This document shows, piece by piece, positions 50,300 through 60,085 of a stretch of 64,000 bases of DNA. Under the pieces are notes generated by a model. It did no database searches. It was not told the origin of the DNA and saw nothing but the letters and a program-made list of their open reading frames with translations. Origin of the DNA: Archaeoglobus sp. JdFR-37 (lineage in GTDB: Archaea; Halobacteriota; Archaeoglobi; Archaeoglobales; Archaeoglobaceae). Position 1 is the first letter of the stretch, and the number at the start of each line of letters is the position of its first letter. The position numbers and the translations under genes are program-made. The DNA lies in the NCBI GenBank assembly GCA_002010215.1, contig MTMY01000032.1, forward strand, positions 1 through 64,000, given 5' to 3'.

Positions 50300-51673
50300 C
50301 TGGCAGCAATAAATGGCTGCAGTGTTTATTTACCCGTCTGGAGGTTGGAAAGGAATGAGATTTCAAGGCAAACTGGTATGCCGTCGCTAGGTGGCGAGAG
50401 GACTGTAGCCCACTGGGATGAAGACAGTCTCACAATGGCCGTCGAAGCGGCAAGGGGTCTGGGAGTTGAAGAGTTCGATGCAGTTATCTTCGCCTCAACC
50501 TCACCACCCTTCAAAATCAAGCAGTGCGCCAGCATAATAGCTTCTGCCCTTGATTTGAGTGGCAATACCTTCACCATGGATGTGACGGACTCATTCAGAG
50601 CTGCCACAAACGCTCTGATTACCGCAAACGAGATGGTTGATTCAGGAAGGTTCAGCAGGGTTCTTGTGGTCGCAGCGGATCGTATTCCTGTAAAGCCCGC
50701 AACCATCTACGAGCAGCTTTACGGAGATGCTGCCGTGGCGATAGCAGTGGAGAAAGATGGAGATGCCAAGATACTTGGCTACTCAACTGCAACAAAGCCC
50801 CTTCCAGGAACTTGGATGAGAAGTGATGATGATACAGTCAAGGACTTCGACATGCGCCTAGATGCCCGCTACGGATATGCTGAAAGCGTGCAGCAGGCTG
50901 TGATGCCTCTGTTTGCCAAGCTCAACCTGTCTCCAGCAGATGTGGACAGAATAGTTGCATCAGCTCCCGATCCGAAAAGCTATGTGGGTTTGCTCAAAGC
51001 AGTGGGAGTTAAGGCTGAGGAGTTTTATTTCTCCAGCATTGGGATTGCCGGGGCAGCCCACCCCCTGCTCTTACTGGCTTCACAGCTTGAAAGACCCGGA
51101 AGAATTCTTCTGGGAGGTTACGGGGAGGGGGCCGACGTTTTTGCCATACAGATAGATGATGCTATTGAATCAAACCTAGGCGAGATGCTGGAAAGCGGGA
51201 AGAAGATAGGCTATGCAGATTATCTATTCAACAGGGGTTTTGTTGGAGTCAAAGAGGCTCCAGACAGGCCATCTCTGACCAAATACTGGAGGGATGAGAA
51301 GTCCATAATACGGTTCTATGGGATGAAGTGCAGGAATTGCGGAGCTGTAAGCTATCCCATCAGCCGGTGCTGCGTGGAATGCGGGGCAAAGGATAGCTAT
51401 GAAGAGGTTAAGCTGGGAGATAAAGGAAGGATATACACCTACACCATCGATTATCTGATTATGCCCGGAAATTATACTGGCGATGGAATTCATCCTCACT
51501 GCGTTGCAGTTGTGGATCTGGAGGGTGGAGGAAGGGTTTTCTTTGAGGTTACGGACGTGTTGAGGGATTTTGAGGGCGTTGAGTGCGATGCGGAGGTTGA
51601 AAGAACCTTCAGGCTGCTGTTCGAGAAAGCGGATTTCAGGTATTACGGATGGAAGGTCAGACTTCCGAGATGA
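50300..51673 (+). CDS. HMG-CoA-synthase-like domain fused to DUF35 (Zn ribbon plus OB fold); probable CTG start at 50300
   Basis: YLPVWRL, DEDSLTMAVEA, GDAAVA, then CRNC...CVEC and GRIYTYT. GGAGGTGA SD 4 nt before CTG. Confidence 0.85.
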   Translation: MAAINGCSVYLPVWRLERNEISRQTGMPSLGGERTVAHWDEDSLTMAVEAARGLGVEEFDAVIFASTSPPFKIKQCASIIASALDLSGNTFTMDVTDSFRAATNALITANEMVDSGRFSRVLVVAADRIPVKPATIYEQLYGDAAVAIAVEKDGDAKILGYSTATKPLPGTWMRSDDDTVKDFDMRLDARYGYAESVQQAVMPLFAKLNLSPADVDRIVASAPDPKSYVGLLKAVGVKAEEFYFSSIGIAGAAHPLLLLASQLERPGRILLGGYGEGADVFAIQIDDAIESNLGEMLESGKKIGYADYLFNRGFVGVKEAPDRPSLTKYWRDEKSIIRFYGMKCRNCGAVSYPISRCCVECGAKDSYEEVKLGDKGRIYTYTIDYLIMPGNYTGDGIHPHCVAVVDLEGGGRVFFEVTDVLRDFEGVECDAEVERTFRLLFEKADFRYYGWKVRLPR

Positions 51674-51701
51674 GGTTCAACATGAGGCAAGAGGTGAGAG
51701 T

Positions 51702-52853
51702 ATGAGAGAAGTTGCCGTAATCGGGTGTGGAGTTACCCAATTCGGACATCATTGGAAGAAGGATCAGGAGAATTTGCTGGTTGAAGCTACTTATGAAGCC
51801 GTGAAGGATGCCAGCATAGAGCTCAAAGACGTTGAGGCTGTCTGGTGCGGAAGCTTTTACCCCTCAACCGGCATAAGCGGGAACGTTTTCAGCGACACTC
51901 TGAAGTTCTTCGGCAAGCCCATTTCGAGGGTTGAGAATTACTGCGCAACGGGCATGGATAACGTTAGAAATGCTGCCTTCGCCGTTGCCAGCGGAGCCTA
52001 TGACATTGTAATCGCTGCAGGAGTGGAAAAGCTGATGGATGCGGGCTCAAGAGGAATTCCACATATTGAAGGGATCTTCAGTGTTGCCATGCCCGCTGTA
52101 AGCGCTCCGGGAATGTTTGCAATGGCGGCAAACAGAGCCTTTAAAGAGTGGGGATGGAATAGGAAAGATCTGGCTCTGGTGGCGGTGAAAAACCACTACA
52201 ATGGAGCGAGGCACCCCAAAGCCCACTTTAGGAAGGGGGTGACAGTTGAGCAGGTTTTGAATGCTCCAATGGTTGCCTACCCCCTTGGCGTTTATGATTG
52301 CAGCGCTGTGAGTGATGGCGCTGCTGCCATCGTGCTTACCCGCCCCGAAATCGCCAAAGAGATAGTGGGAGACGATTTTGCCATAATCAAGGCAATAGGA
52401 ATGGCTGTTGAAACCATGCATCCCTGGCATCGCCCCTCCGAGACATTCCTGAGCTTTCCTGCAACTGTCAATGCTGCAAAAATGGCCTTTAAAATGGCTG
52501 GAATTGAGGAGCCCCGTAAAGAGCTTGATTTCGGAATTGTCCATGACTGCTTCACCATCACAGAACTGATAAACTATCAGGACTTGCAGCTCTGCAAGCC
52601 CGGGGAAGGGGCGGAGCTCATCAGAGACGGTGTTACGGCAATAGACGGAGACTTTCCCATCAATCCAGATGGTGGCCTGAAATCCTTCGGTCATCCCATT
52701 GCAGCTTCAGGGGTTAGAATGATTGCAGAGCTGACAAAGCAGGTTCTTGGAAAGGCTGAGGGCTTGCAGGTGGAGGGTGCAGAGGCTGGCTTTGCCCACA
52801 ACCTCGGCGGACCGTACTCGGTTGCTACGGTGGCTGTTGTGGGCAGAAGATGA
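51702..52853 (+). CDS. SCP2-type thiolase
   Basis: ENYCATG, KNH, DGAAA, HDCFT, GHPIAASG, HNLGG. ATG at 51702. Confidence 0.9.
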   Translation: MREVAVIGCGVTQFGHHWKKDQENLLVEATYEAVKDASIELKDVEAVWCGSFYPSTGISGNVFSDTLKFFGKPISRVENYCATGMDNVRNAAFAVASGAYDIVIAAGVEKLMDAGSRGIPHIEGIFSVAMPAVSAPGMFAMAANRAFKEWGWNRKDLALVAVKNHYNGARHPKAHFRKGVTVEQVLNAPMVAYPLGVYDCSAVSDGAAAIVLTRPEIAKEIVGDDFAIIKAIGMAVETMHPWHRPSETFLSFPATVNAAKMAFKMAGIEEPRKELDFGIVHDCFTITELINYQDLQLCKPGEGAELIRDGVTAIDGDFPINPDGGLKSFGHPIAASGVRMIAELTKQVLGKAEGLQVEGAEAGFAHNLGGPYSVATVAVVGRR

Positions 52854-52902
52854 TCCCATCATATTTTTATACTTTATCATAATTTTTTGTTATGGTGAAG
52901 TC

Positions 52903-53704
52903 ATGGCAGCAGATGATAAGCCAAATATAAGCATGTCAAAAATATACTACTTCATTCTAATCACACTTTTACTTCTCACCACATTAATTTCAGGCTGTAC
53001 TGCAAAAAATGAACCCAGCACCAAGAATGAAGCCAATCCTTCTCAGCCACTGCAATCACATTCACAACTAACTCAACAGACCACTCCGCTACCCACTCCT
53101 CAACCACCCCTACAGCCTCCTACACCTACAATACCAAAATGGGAAACTGAGGTATCAGGAGAAAAAAGAGATGAGGTAATTAGCCTGGCTCTAAACCATC
53201 CCATGGTTAAAAAGTGGCTAGACGAAGGTTATGAGGTTGTGAATGTAACCATATCACGTGAAACCTACTGGGTTTATATACTGACCAACAAGCAAATTCT
53301 GCCCTGGATTACAGGAATAACTCTGAAGGTACCAGTATATCCGGGAGATAACGTTCAGGTGGGACCCATAAACTTTGACCTCACACTTTCCAGTATTTCT
53401 GAGGAGCAAAGAAGTGAGACCCTAAAGATAGCACTTTCCGATCCGAAAACCAAGAAGTACATAGGTTAACCGCACTTATGAAGTTGAAAAAGTGGAAGTC
53501 AGCGCCTAGATACTCTGCTATAAGGAGTGCATGCCCTACGCCTACCCCACGGTTTTTCTGAAGGTGAATCCAGAGCCGTGGAAATACGGTTTCTATTACA
53601 GAATCTACGTAGATCTGGAAAACAAGCCGGTTGCATATATTCAAGGTTTCTACCGTAAGCCTTCACCGCCCTACCTCAGCAATTCAAGCATGCGAAACAA
53701 TTGA
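52903..53704 (+). pseudogene. Disrupted lipoprotein with Pro/Gln/Thr linker and an internal repeat
   Basis: Lipobox ISGC. After TAA 53467-9 the sequence continues in a shifted frame (NRTYEVEKVEVSA*ILC...YVDLENKPV) with an internal TAG at 53507. Confidence 0.7.
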
Positions 53705-53733
53705 TGAACTAAGTTTTAGCCTCATCAATTTTT
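53701..53733. terminator. Hairpin plus T-tract between convergent genes
   Basis: TTGATGA-a-CTAA-gtt-TTAG-cc-TCATCAA followed by TTTTT. Confidence 0.4.
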
Positions 53734-53765
53734 AACCGTCTTGCACATCGTACATTGCAATCCCC

Positions 53766-55274
53766 TTACATCCCAGTTCTTGAAACCTTCTTTCTGTAAA
53801 CCCTCTTAAACTTCTCAAAAGCCCTCTCATAAACCTCACTGTTCTCTTTTACAGGCTTAAACGTCTTCTCAACCCTCACAAGCCTCTTGACCTCTTCAAA
53901 ACCCATATATCCTAATCCCACCATGGCTATGTAGGCTGCTCCCTTGGCTCCAGCCTCCTGCGGGTCTGAGACTTTTTTCACCTCCTTTTTGAGGGCATCA
54001 GCGAAAATTTGCAGCCATATGTCGGATTTCGCTCCACCTCCGATGAAATTAATGTAATCAGATCCTCCTGTGAGCTTCTCAAAATACATCAGTGCCCATT
54101 TCAGATTCAGAGCCACGCCCTCCAGCACAGCCCTGATGACATCGCTTTTTGAGTGCTCCAGACTCAGATTATAGAACCCTGCTCTAACGCTGTGGTCGTC
54201 GAGGGGTGAGCGCTCACCGAACATCCATGGGGTGAAAATAAGACCCCTGGTCCCAACTTCGCTTTCTGCAGCCATCTCATCCAGTTCATGGAATTCTAAG
54301 CCGTCAAAGAAGTTGTTTCTCAGCCATTCATAGCATGCTCCAGCAGTCTCCTGCTCGGCAACACACAGATACATCTCCGGGTTTGCGCTACATATACAGC
54401 CCATGTAATGCATCAAATCCTTCTTCCTTTCCGCCATGTGGGCTCCCAGCCATGCGCTAGTGCCTATGTATGCATGAATCTCGTTCTCCAGAACAGCTCC
54501 TGAACCTACAGCAGCAGATGTCATATCCCCCGCCCCGACAACCACAGGAATTCCCTCTGGCAGCCCAAACTCCTCTGCTGCTTCCTTCCTCAGCTTCCCG
54601 GCGATGCTTATAGATTCCCTGATCTCCGGAAGCTTTTCCTTGTCAATACCAAACTTCCTGAGAATTGCATCGCTCCAGCACATCTTTCTCTTCCTCGTGT
54701 CCATCATCCAGCTTATGTTGGCGCAATCCCTGCTGGTGACAAAGTTGCCAGTGCACCTGAAAATCAGGTAGTCCTTGACATCCAGAAACTTGTAAGTTGC
54801 TTTATAAATGTCGGGCTCATTCTTCTTTATCCAAAGAATTTTAGATATAGCATCCTTGCCTGCAAAACCGGGAGCGCCGCCGGTTATCCTCAAAAACTGA
54901 ATCAGATTGACCAGATTGTACTTTGTTACCCTGTTTCCAATGATTTCGAATGCTTCCTTAGCCGCCCTTGTATCCAGCCAGATCATGCAGTTCATCAGCG
55001 CCTCACCTTTTTCATCCACTGGAAGGACACCTGCCATCTGGGTCGAGAATGCGATGGCTACAATATCTTCTCCCGCTCCTGATCCTTCAACAACCTCTTT
55101 CGTGGTTTCTACAACAGCACCCCACCAGTCATGGGGGTTCTGCTCTGCATAACCTTCTTTAGGATAGAGCACTTCATATCTGGCCTTACTCAAAGCTTTA
55201 ATGCCACCATCGAGAGAAACAAGGACTGCTTTGTTTGCACTCGTCCCCACATCATGGCAGAGAATGTATTTCAT
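53766..55274 (-). CDS. FGGY-family carbohydrate kinase (xylulokinase-like)
   Basis: HDVGTS..K, AEQNP, STQMAG, WLDTRA, GAGD, GTS, GERSP, GGGAKS..W.QI. Confidence 0.9.
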   Translation of the reverse strand: MKYILCHDVGTSANKAVLVSLDGGIKALSKARYEVLYPKEGYAEQNPHDWWGAVVETTKEVVEGSGAGEDIVAIAFSTQMAGVLPVDEKGEALMNCMIWLDTRAAKEAFEIIGNRVTKYNLVNLIQFLRITGGAPGFAGKDAISKILWIKKNEPDIYKATYKFLDVKDYLIFRCTGNFVTSRDCANISWMMDTRKRKMCWSDAILRKFGIDKEKLPEIRESISIAGKLRKEAAEEFGLPEGIPVVVGAGDMTSAAVGSGAVLENEIHAYIGTSAWLGAHMAERKKDLMHYMGCICSANPEMYLCVAEQETAGACYEWLRNNFFDGLEFHELDEMAAESEVGTRGLIFTPWMFGERSPLDDHSVRAGFYNLSLEHSKSDVIRAVLEGVALNLKWALMYFEKLTGGSDYINFIGGGAKSDIWLQIFADALKKEVKKVSDPQEAGAKGAAYIAMVGLGYMGFEEVKRLVRVEKTFKPVKENSEVYERAFEKFKRVYRKKVSRTGM

Positions 55275-55637
55275 AATTATTAAAAATTATTTAACCATAC
55301 TTAATTTTTGCTTATCTCCTTTCTCAAACTTTCTGATTTAAGACAGTCAGAATTCGAGACTAGCAAGACAGAAGAGTGGAGACTGGATGTGTCAATGAGG
55401 TTGAGGTTGGAGGATGTATGAGTCTGGAGGAGTGGGGAAAACAGAATGGGAATAGCTTTTCGGTAATGCTCAGTATGTCATATAATTCTACACTGGCTGG
55501 TTCACACCTCTGGACCAATATGCAATGGTCGATGTCGAAGCGATAGCCGAAGAGATGACGCTACATCTGCAGAATATTTAGATTTATATTAGCAATAATA
55601 AACCTTTTAAATTTTTTAAATAAACTATAGAAATAAG

Positions 55638-56024
55638 ATGAGATCGATTAGAGAGAGAATAATCGAAGACATACTTGAAGAAAATGAGGAGATTCTTGCC
55701 AAGGTTAGCTGGAAGGAAGTGAGATATGCACTCATGACATTAGTCTTCGATGTAATTATCTATGCCACAAATAAGCGTTTGCTCTACGTAATGCATGAAG
55801 TTAAAAGAATAGTTTACGAATTGCAATATTCAAGGATAACCCAGATAGAATTGGTTGAGAAGAGGAAGATGTTGGTATTCAAACAAAGCTACTACCAGAT
55901 AGATGGAGACTTAAACGATCGGGAAAGAAAACTCTGGAGAATTCCTGCAAATGTTGAAAATGCTGAGGAATTTTGTAGAGTTGTGAGTGAGATCGTGAAG
56001 AAGAGGCGCTGGAAATTAGATTGA
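55638..56024 (+). CDS. Small hypothetical protein, possibly bacterial PH-like domain
   Basis: AT-rich 128 aa ORF. LEENEEIL...YATNKRLL pattern resembles bPH domains (inference). Confidence 0.6.
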   Translation: MRSIRERIIEDILEENEEILAKVSWKEVRYALMTLVFDVIIYATNKRLLYVMHEVKRIVYELQYSRITQIELVEKRKMLVFKQSYYQIDGDLNDRERKLWRIPANVENAEEFCRVVSEIVKKRRWKLD

Positions 56025-56258
56025 TTGTATTATTGTATTATCCTTAATCCTATTAATTCTCTTAACAGCCAGCGATGTAACTTGAAAATGGTGAGGATAC
56101 ACATAGGTGATACCTCCGATTTCTTAGATATTTCCTTGAGCGTTTCTGTCCACACCCTCACCTGAAGTAATAATAGGCATCGAGGAAGAAGATGTTGAGA
56201 ATAATGAAAACAAAAAACTGACAATCCTTATATATTTCATGATTTTTACTGTTTTTTA

Positions 56259-57473
56259 ATGAAGGCCACCATTTTAGGTTGCGGAACCGTTGGAAGTACA
56301 GCAGCCTTAACTCTTTCAGCTTCTGGTCAGTTTTCTGAACTTGCAATTGCCGATCTGAATGTTGAAGCTGCCATGAAGGTTGCCAGCGTATGTCAGGTGG
56401 AAGCCGAAGCCATAAAATGTGATGCATCCGACGTTTCTACGATAAAAGAAGTTATCAGAGGTTCAGACGTTGTCCTGAACTGTGTCGGGCCCTTTTACGA
56501 GTACGGGCCAAGGGTGCTGAAGGCAGCGATTCAGGGAGGAGTTAATTATGTGGACGTTTGCGACGATTATGATGCGACGGTTGAGCATTTGAAGATGGAT
56601 ATTGACGCGAAAAAAGCGGAAATCACAGCATTAATCGGAATGGGCAGCTCACCTGGTTTGGCGAATCTTATTGCAAAGTTTGCAGCTGAGAATCTGCTGG
56701 ATGAAGTTGATGCAATAGACATCTACCACGCCCACGGTGGAGAGAGAACGGAAGGTGCTGCCGTTGTGAAGCACAGAATCCACTCCATGGAGATGGACAT
56801 ACCCGTGTTTTTGGATGGCGAATTCAAGACTGTCAGGCTTTTTGAAGAGAGCGGAAAGGCTCTGGAAAAAGAAGTTGAGTTTCCAGGAATAGGAGTGTAC
56901 AGAGTTTATGCGTATCCCCACCCTGAAACCCTGACGCTGCCCAGATACATCAAAGGAGTGAGGAGAGTTACCAACCTCGGCCTAGTTCTCCCCCCAGAAT
57001 ACGCAGAACTGATAAAAACCATCGTCAGGATTGGTATGACGTCTGATAAACCCATAAAAGTCGGAAATACTGAGATTTCACCTCTTGACTTTGCTGTGGC
57101 TTTCATACTCTCAAAAAGGGAGGAGTTGCTGGAAAAAGCCGGACTGAAGGGGCCTGTTGGCTGCCTGAAGGTGGTTGTTACAGGAAAGAAGGGGGGCATT
57201 GTCAGATACAGCTTTTCCCTCACATCCAGAGGACAGGGTATGGGGGAAGGCACAGGAATTCCGGCAGCTATAGGCACAATTCTCATGGTAAAAGGCAAAA
57301 TCACCGAAAAGGGTGTTCTGCCCCCTGAAGCATGTGTGAATCCCATGGATGCTTTTGTTATGGCCAGAGATATTCTGAAATCATCTGGAATTGAAGAGTT
57401 CCCACTTCTAATCGAAGTTGAGGACGAAAGCGGGAAGAGGATGTTGAGTGTCGATGAAGTGCTGAAGTGGTGA
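56259..57473 (+). CDS. Saccharopine dehydrogenase-like NAD(P) oxidoreductase
   Basis: LGCGTVG, NCVGPFY, YVDVCDD, GMGSSPG, HPE, TGIPAAIG, GVLPPE. Confidence 0.88.
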   Translation: MKATILGCGTVGSTAALTLSASGQFSELAIADLNVEAAMKVASVCQVEAEAIKCDASDVSTIKEVIRGSDVVLNCVGPFYEYGPRVLKAAIQGGVNYVDVCDDYDATVEHLKMDIDAKKAEITALIGMGSSPGLANLIAKFAAENLLDEVDAIDIYHAHGGERTEGAAVVKHRIHSMEMDIPVFLDGEFKTVRLFEESGKALEKEVEFPGIGVYRVYAYPHPETLTLPRYIKGVRRVTNLGLVLPPEYAELIKTIVRIGMTSDKPIKVGNTEISPLDFAVAFILSKREELLEKAGLKGPVGCLKVVVTGKKGGIVRYSFSLTSRGQGMGEGTGIPAAIGTILMVKGKITEKGVLPPEACVNPMDAFVMARDILKSSGIEEFPLLIEVEDESGKRMLSVDEVLKW

Positions 57474-57500
57474 AATTGAGGTAGTACTGAGGTGATAAAA

Positions 57501-58814
57501 ATGGAGCTTGGTGTGAGGTTGAGATTTCAGAAATTTGAGGACCCTGAGGCGAATCCAGAAGCGCTGCCTGATGGTATAGATTCGGATGAATACATCATAG
57601 CCACCTATTACATGTCCTTCCCCAAAGCCTTCAATCCCTATCAAATCGCCCAGATAATGGCTGTAGAGCAGAGCACCGGCACATGGATTCCAGTACCCGG
57701 CGAGTCTCCTGAAACCAGAAAGAAGCATGTTGCCAAGGTTATTGGAGTCTATGAAACGCCTGATCACGAAATCATGATACCTGATGAAGTAAAATGGAGA
57801 GATTACATCATCCAGATAGCCTTTCCTTACGAGAACATAGGCAGCAGACTTTCAATGCTGTTTACTGCTGTGATAGGCAACATCTCCATGGCCGGAAAGG
57901 TTAAGCTCTTAGACCTGAAATTCCCGGAGAAGTACGTTGAGGGATTCAAAGGCCCTAAATTCGGTATTGAAGGTGTGAGAAAAATTCTGGGAGTCCACGA
58001 CAGGCCGCTGCTGAACAACATGATAAAGCCCTGCACCGGCTTCCCGGCAGAGCTGGGAGCAGAGCTGGCATATGAGACTGCAAGGGGCGGAGTGGACATC
58101 GTCAAGGATGATGAACTTCTTGGCAACGTGGCTTTCAACACTGTGGAGGAGAGGGTGACGAAGTACATGGAGGCAATTGATAAGGCGAATGAAGAAAAGG
58201 GGGAAAAGACCCTCTACGCCATAAATATCAGCGATGATCTGCCAGATGTGCTTGAGAACGCTGAGAAAGCTATTGAGCTTGGAGCTAACTGTCTGCTGGT
58301 GAACTATCTTGCGTGTGGCTTCCCGGTTTTGAGAGTATTGGCTGAGGATCCCAGCATAAACGTGCCCATAATGGCACACATGGACTGTGCCGGCATATAC
58401 TATGTCTCGCCCTTCTCTGGAGTGAGCAGTCATCTGGTTCTCGGCAAGCTTCCCAGACTAGCAGGAGCCGACATCGTTGTCTATCCTGCTCCCTACGGAA
58501 AGGCACCCTTTTCCGAAGAAAAGTACATTGAAGTTGCAAAGGCACATCGCTACCCCTTCTATAAAATCAAACCCATCTTTCCAATGCCCTCAGGTGGTAT
58601 AACGCCTTCCATGGTTCCCAAGCTGATGAATACCCTTGGAATAGATCTCGTTGTGGCTGCTGGCGGCGGAATACATGCCCATCCTGATGGGCCAGCAGCG
58701 GGGGCAAGGGCTTACAGGGCGGCAATTGATGCGGTGCTGAAGGGTTACACAGACCTGAAGAAGTACGCCGAAGAAAACAGCATCGAAGAACTTATAAAGG
58801 CTTTACACCTCTAA
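57501..58814 (+). CDS. RubisCO-like protein (form IV)
   Basis: AVEQSTGTW, GPKFG, IKPCTG (K177 replaced), GGVDIVKDDE, MAHMD (R295 replaced), PYGK, SGG, AGGGIHAHPDG. Confidence 0.9.
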   Translation: MELGVRLRFQKFEDPEANPEALPDGIDSDEYIIATYYMSFPKAFNPYQIAQIMAVEQSTGTWIPVPGESPETRKKHVAKVIGVYETPDHEIMIPDEVKWRDYIIQIAFPYENIGSRLSMLFTAVIGNISMAGKVKLLDLKFPEKYVEGFKGPKFGIEGVRKILGVHDRPLLNNMIKPCTGFPAELGAELAYETARGGVDIVKDDELLGNVAFNTVEERVTKYMEAIDKANEEKGEKTLYAINISDDLPDVLENAEKAIELGANCLLVNYLACGFPVLRVLAEDPSINVPIMAHMDCAGIYYVSPFSGVSSHLVLGKLPRLAGADIVVYPAPYGKAPFSEEKYIEVAKAHRYPFYKIKPIFPMPSGGITPSMVPKLMNTLGIDLVVAAGGGIHAHPDGPAAGARAYRAAIDAVLKGYTDLKKYAEENSIEELIKALHL

Positions 58815-58888
58815 TCATTTTTAATCATTAAAACTGATTAAAAACCAAAAGAATTTAGACTTTGAGGTTTCACTAGCGCTGGTGATAC

Positions 58889-60085
58889 ATGATGTTAGTT
58901 GAGCATATTCTGACAGAGGACCAGAAGGCAATCAGAGATGCTGCCAGAGAATTCGCCGAAAAAGAGTTTCCGAAATACAGCGAGGAGTGCGATCTGGAGG
59001 AGAAATTCCCCTTTGAGCTCTGGAAGAAGGCTGCCGAGCTTGGTTTCATAGGCATGTCTATTCCCGAGGAATACGGCGGCCAAGGAATGGGTATTCTAGA
59101 AACCTGCCTAGTTGTAGAGGAGTTCTGGCGTGTGGATGGTGGCCTAGGAATGATAATGGCATCCACTTTTGGCTCAGAACAAATCCAGATGTTTGGAAGC
59201 GAGGAGCAGAAAAAGAAGTATCTGCCACCTCTTGCAAGGGGAGAAAAGATTTGCGCTGCTTGCTACACAGAGCCCCAAGCAGGAAGTGATGTTGCCGGAA
59301 TAAAAACCAGAGCGGATAAAGACGGAGACGAATACGTTATTAATGGAACCAAAATGTTCATAACCAACGGCAGCATTGCCGATTACTACATAGTTCTGGC
59401 AAGAACTGATCCAAATCCCCCAAAGAGGCACATGGGCATGAGCGTTTTTGTTGTGGAGAAACACACGCCAGGAATTCAAACAAACAAACTCACCAACAAA
59501 CTTGGTATCAGAGCAAGCGACACAGCAGAAGTTGTTTTCAAGAACGTGAGGGTTCCGAAGGAGAATCTGGTGGGAAGAGAAGGCGAAGGTTTCTATCAAA
59601 CCATGATGTTCTTCAACGTCACCCGAATCCCTGTTGCGTTCCAGGCCGTTGGACTGGCTCAGGGAGCATTTGAGCTGGCTTTTGAGTATGCCAAGAACAG
59701 GGACGTTTTCGAAAGAAAACTTGTAAGCTTCCAGATGACCCAAGAAAAGCTGGCAAAGATGAGGACGAACATAGAGGCTGCAAGGCTGCTAGCTGTCCAG
59801 GCAGCACTTCAGGCTGACAAAACTAGCATGCCAGATCCCGGCCTTACAGCCATGGCAAAGTACTTCACCGCCAAGGTGGCTCAGGAAGTTGTACACGAGG
59901 CCTTGCAGATTCATGGCGGATACGGATTCATGGGTGAGCAGGCAATTTCCAGAATGTTCAGAGACGCCAGAATTCTGGAGATTTACGAGGGTACAAGAGA
60001 GATCGAGCTGGAAGTTGTGGCAAGGTCTTTGCTCGGAAAGGTGCCTTCAGTTCTTGGAATGGTCAGAAAGCACCCCCTCATGTAA
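58889..60085 (+). CDS. Acyl-CoA dehydrogenase
   Basis: YTEPQAGSDV, NGTKMFITNG, KLGIRASDT, QIHGGYG, IYEGT. Confidence 0.93.
   Translation: MMLVEHILTEDQKAIRDAAREFAEKEFPKYSEECDLEEKFPFELWKKAAELGFIGMSIPEEYGGQGMGILETCLVVEEFWRVDGGLGMIMASTFGSEQIQMFGSEEQKKKYLPPLARGEKICAACYTEPQAGSDVAGIKTRADKDGDEYVINGTKMFITNGSIADYYIVLARTDPNPPKRHMGMSVFVVEKHTPGIQTNKLTNKLGIRASDTAEVVFKNVRVPKENLVGREGEGFYQTMMFFNVTRIPVAFQAVGLAQGAFELAFEYAKNRDVFERKLVSFQMTQEKLAKMRTNIEAARLLAVQAALQADKTSMPDPGLTAMAKYFTAKVAQEVVHEALQIHGGYGFMGEQAISRMFRDARILEIYEGTREIELEVVARSLLGKVPSVLGMVRKHPLM

Noticed and set aside
53507..53509. In-frame TAG as possible pyrrolysine readthrough
   Set aside because: It lies downstream of a frameshift, a TGG-to-TAG mutation is simpler, and no pyl genes are in view.
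57501..58814. Bona fide form III RubisCO
   Set aside because: K177, R295 and H327 equivalents are substituted.
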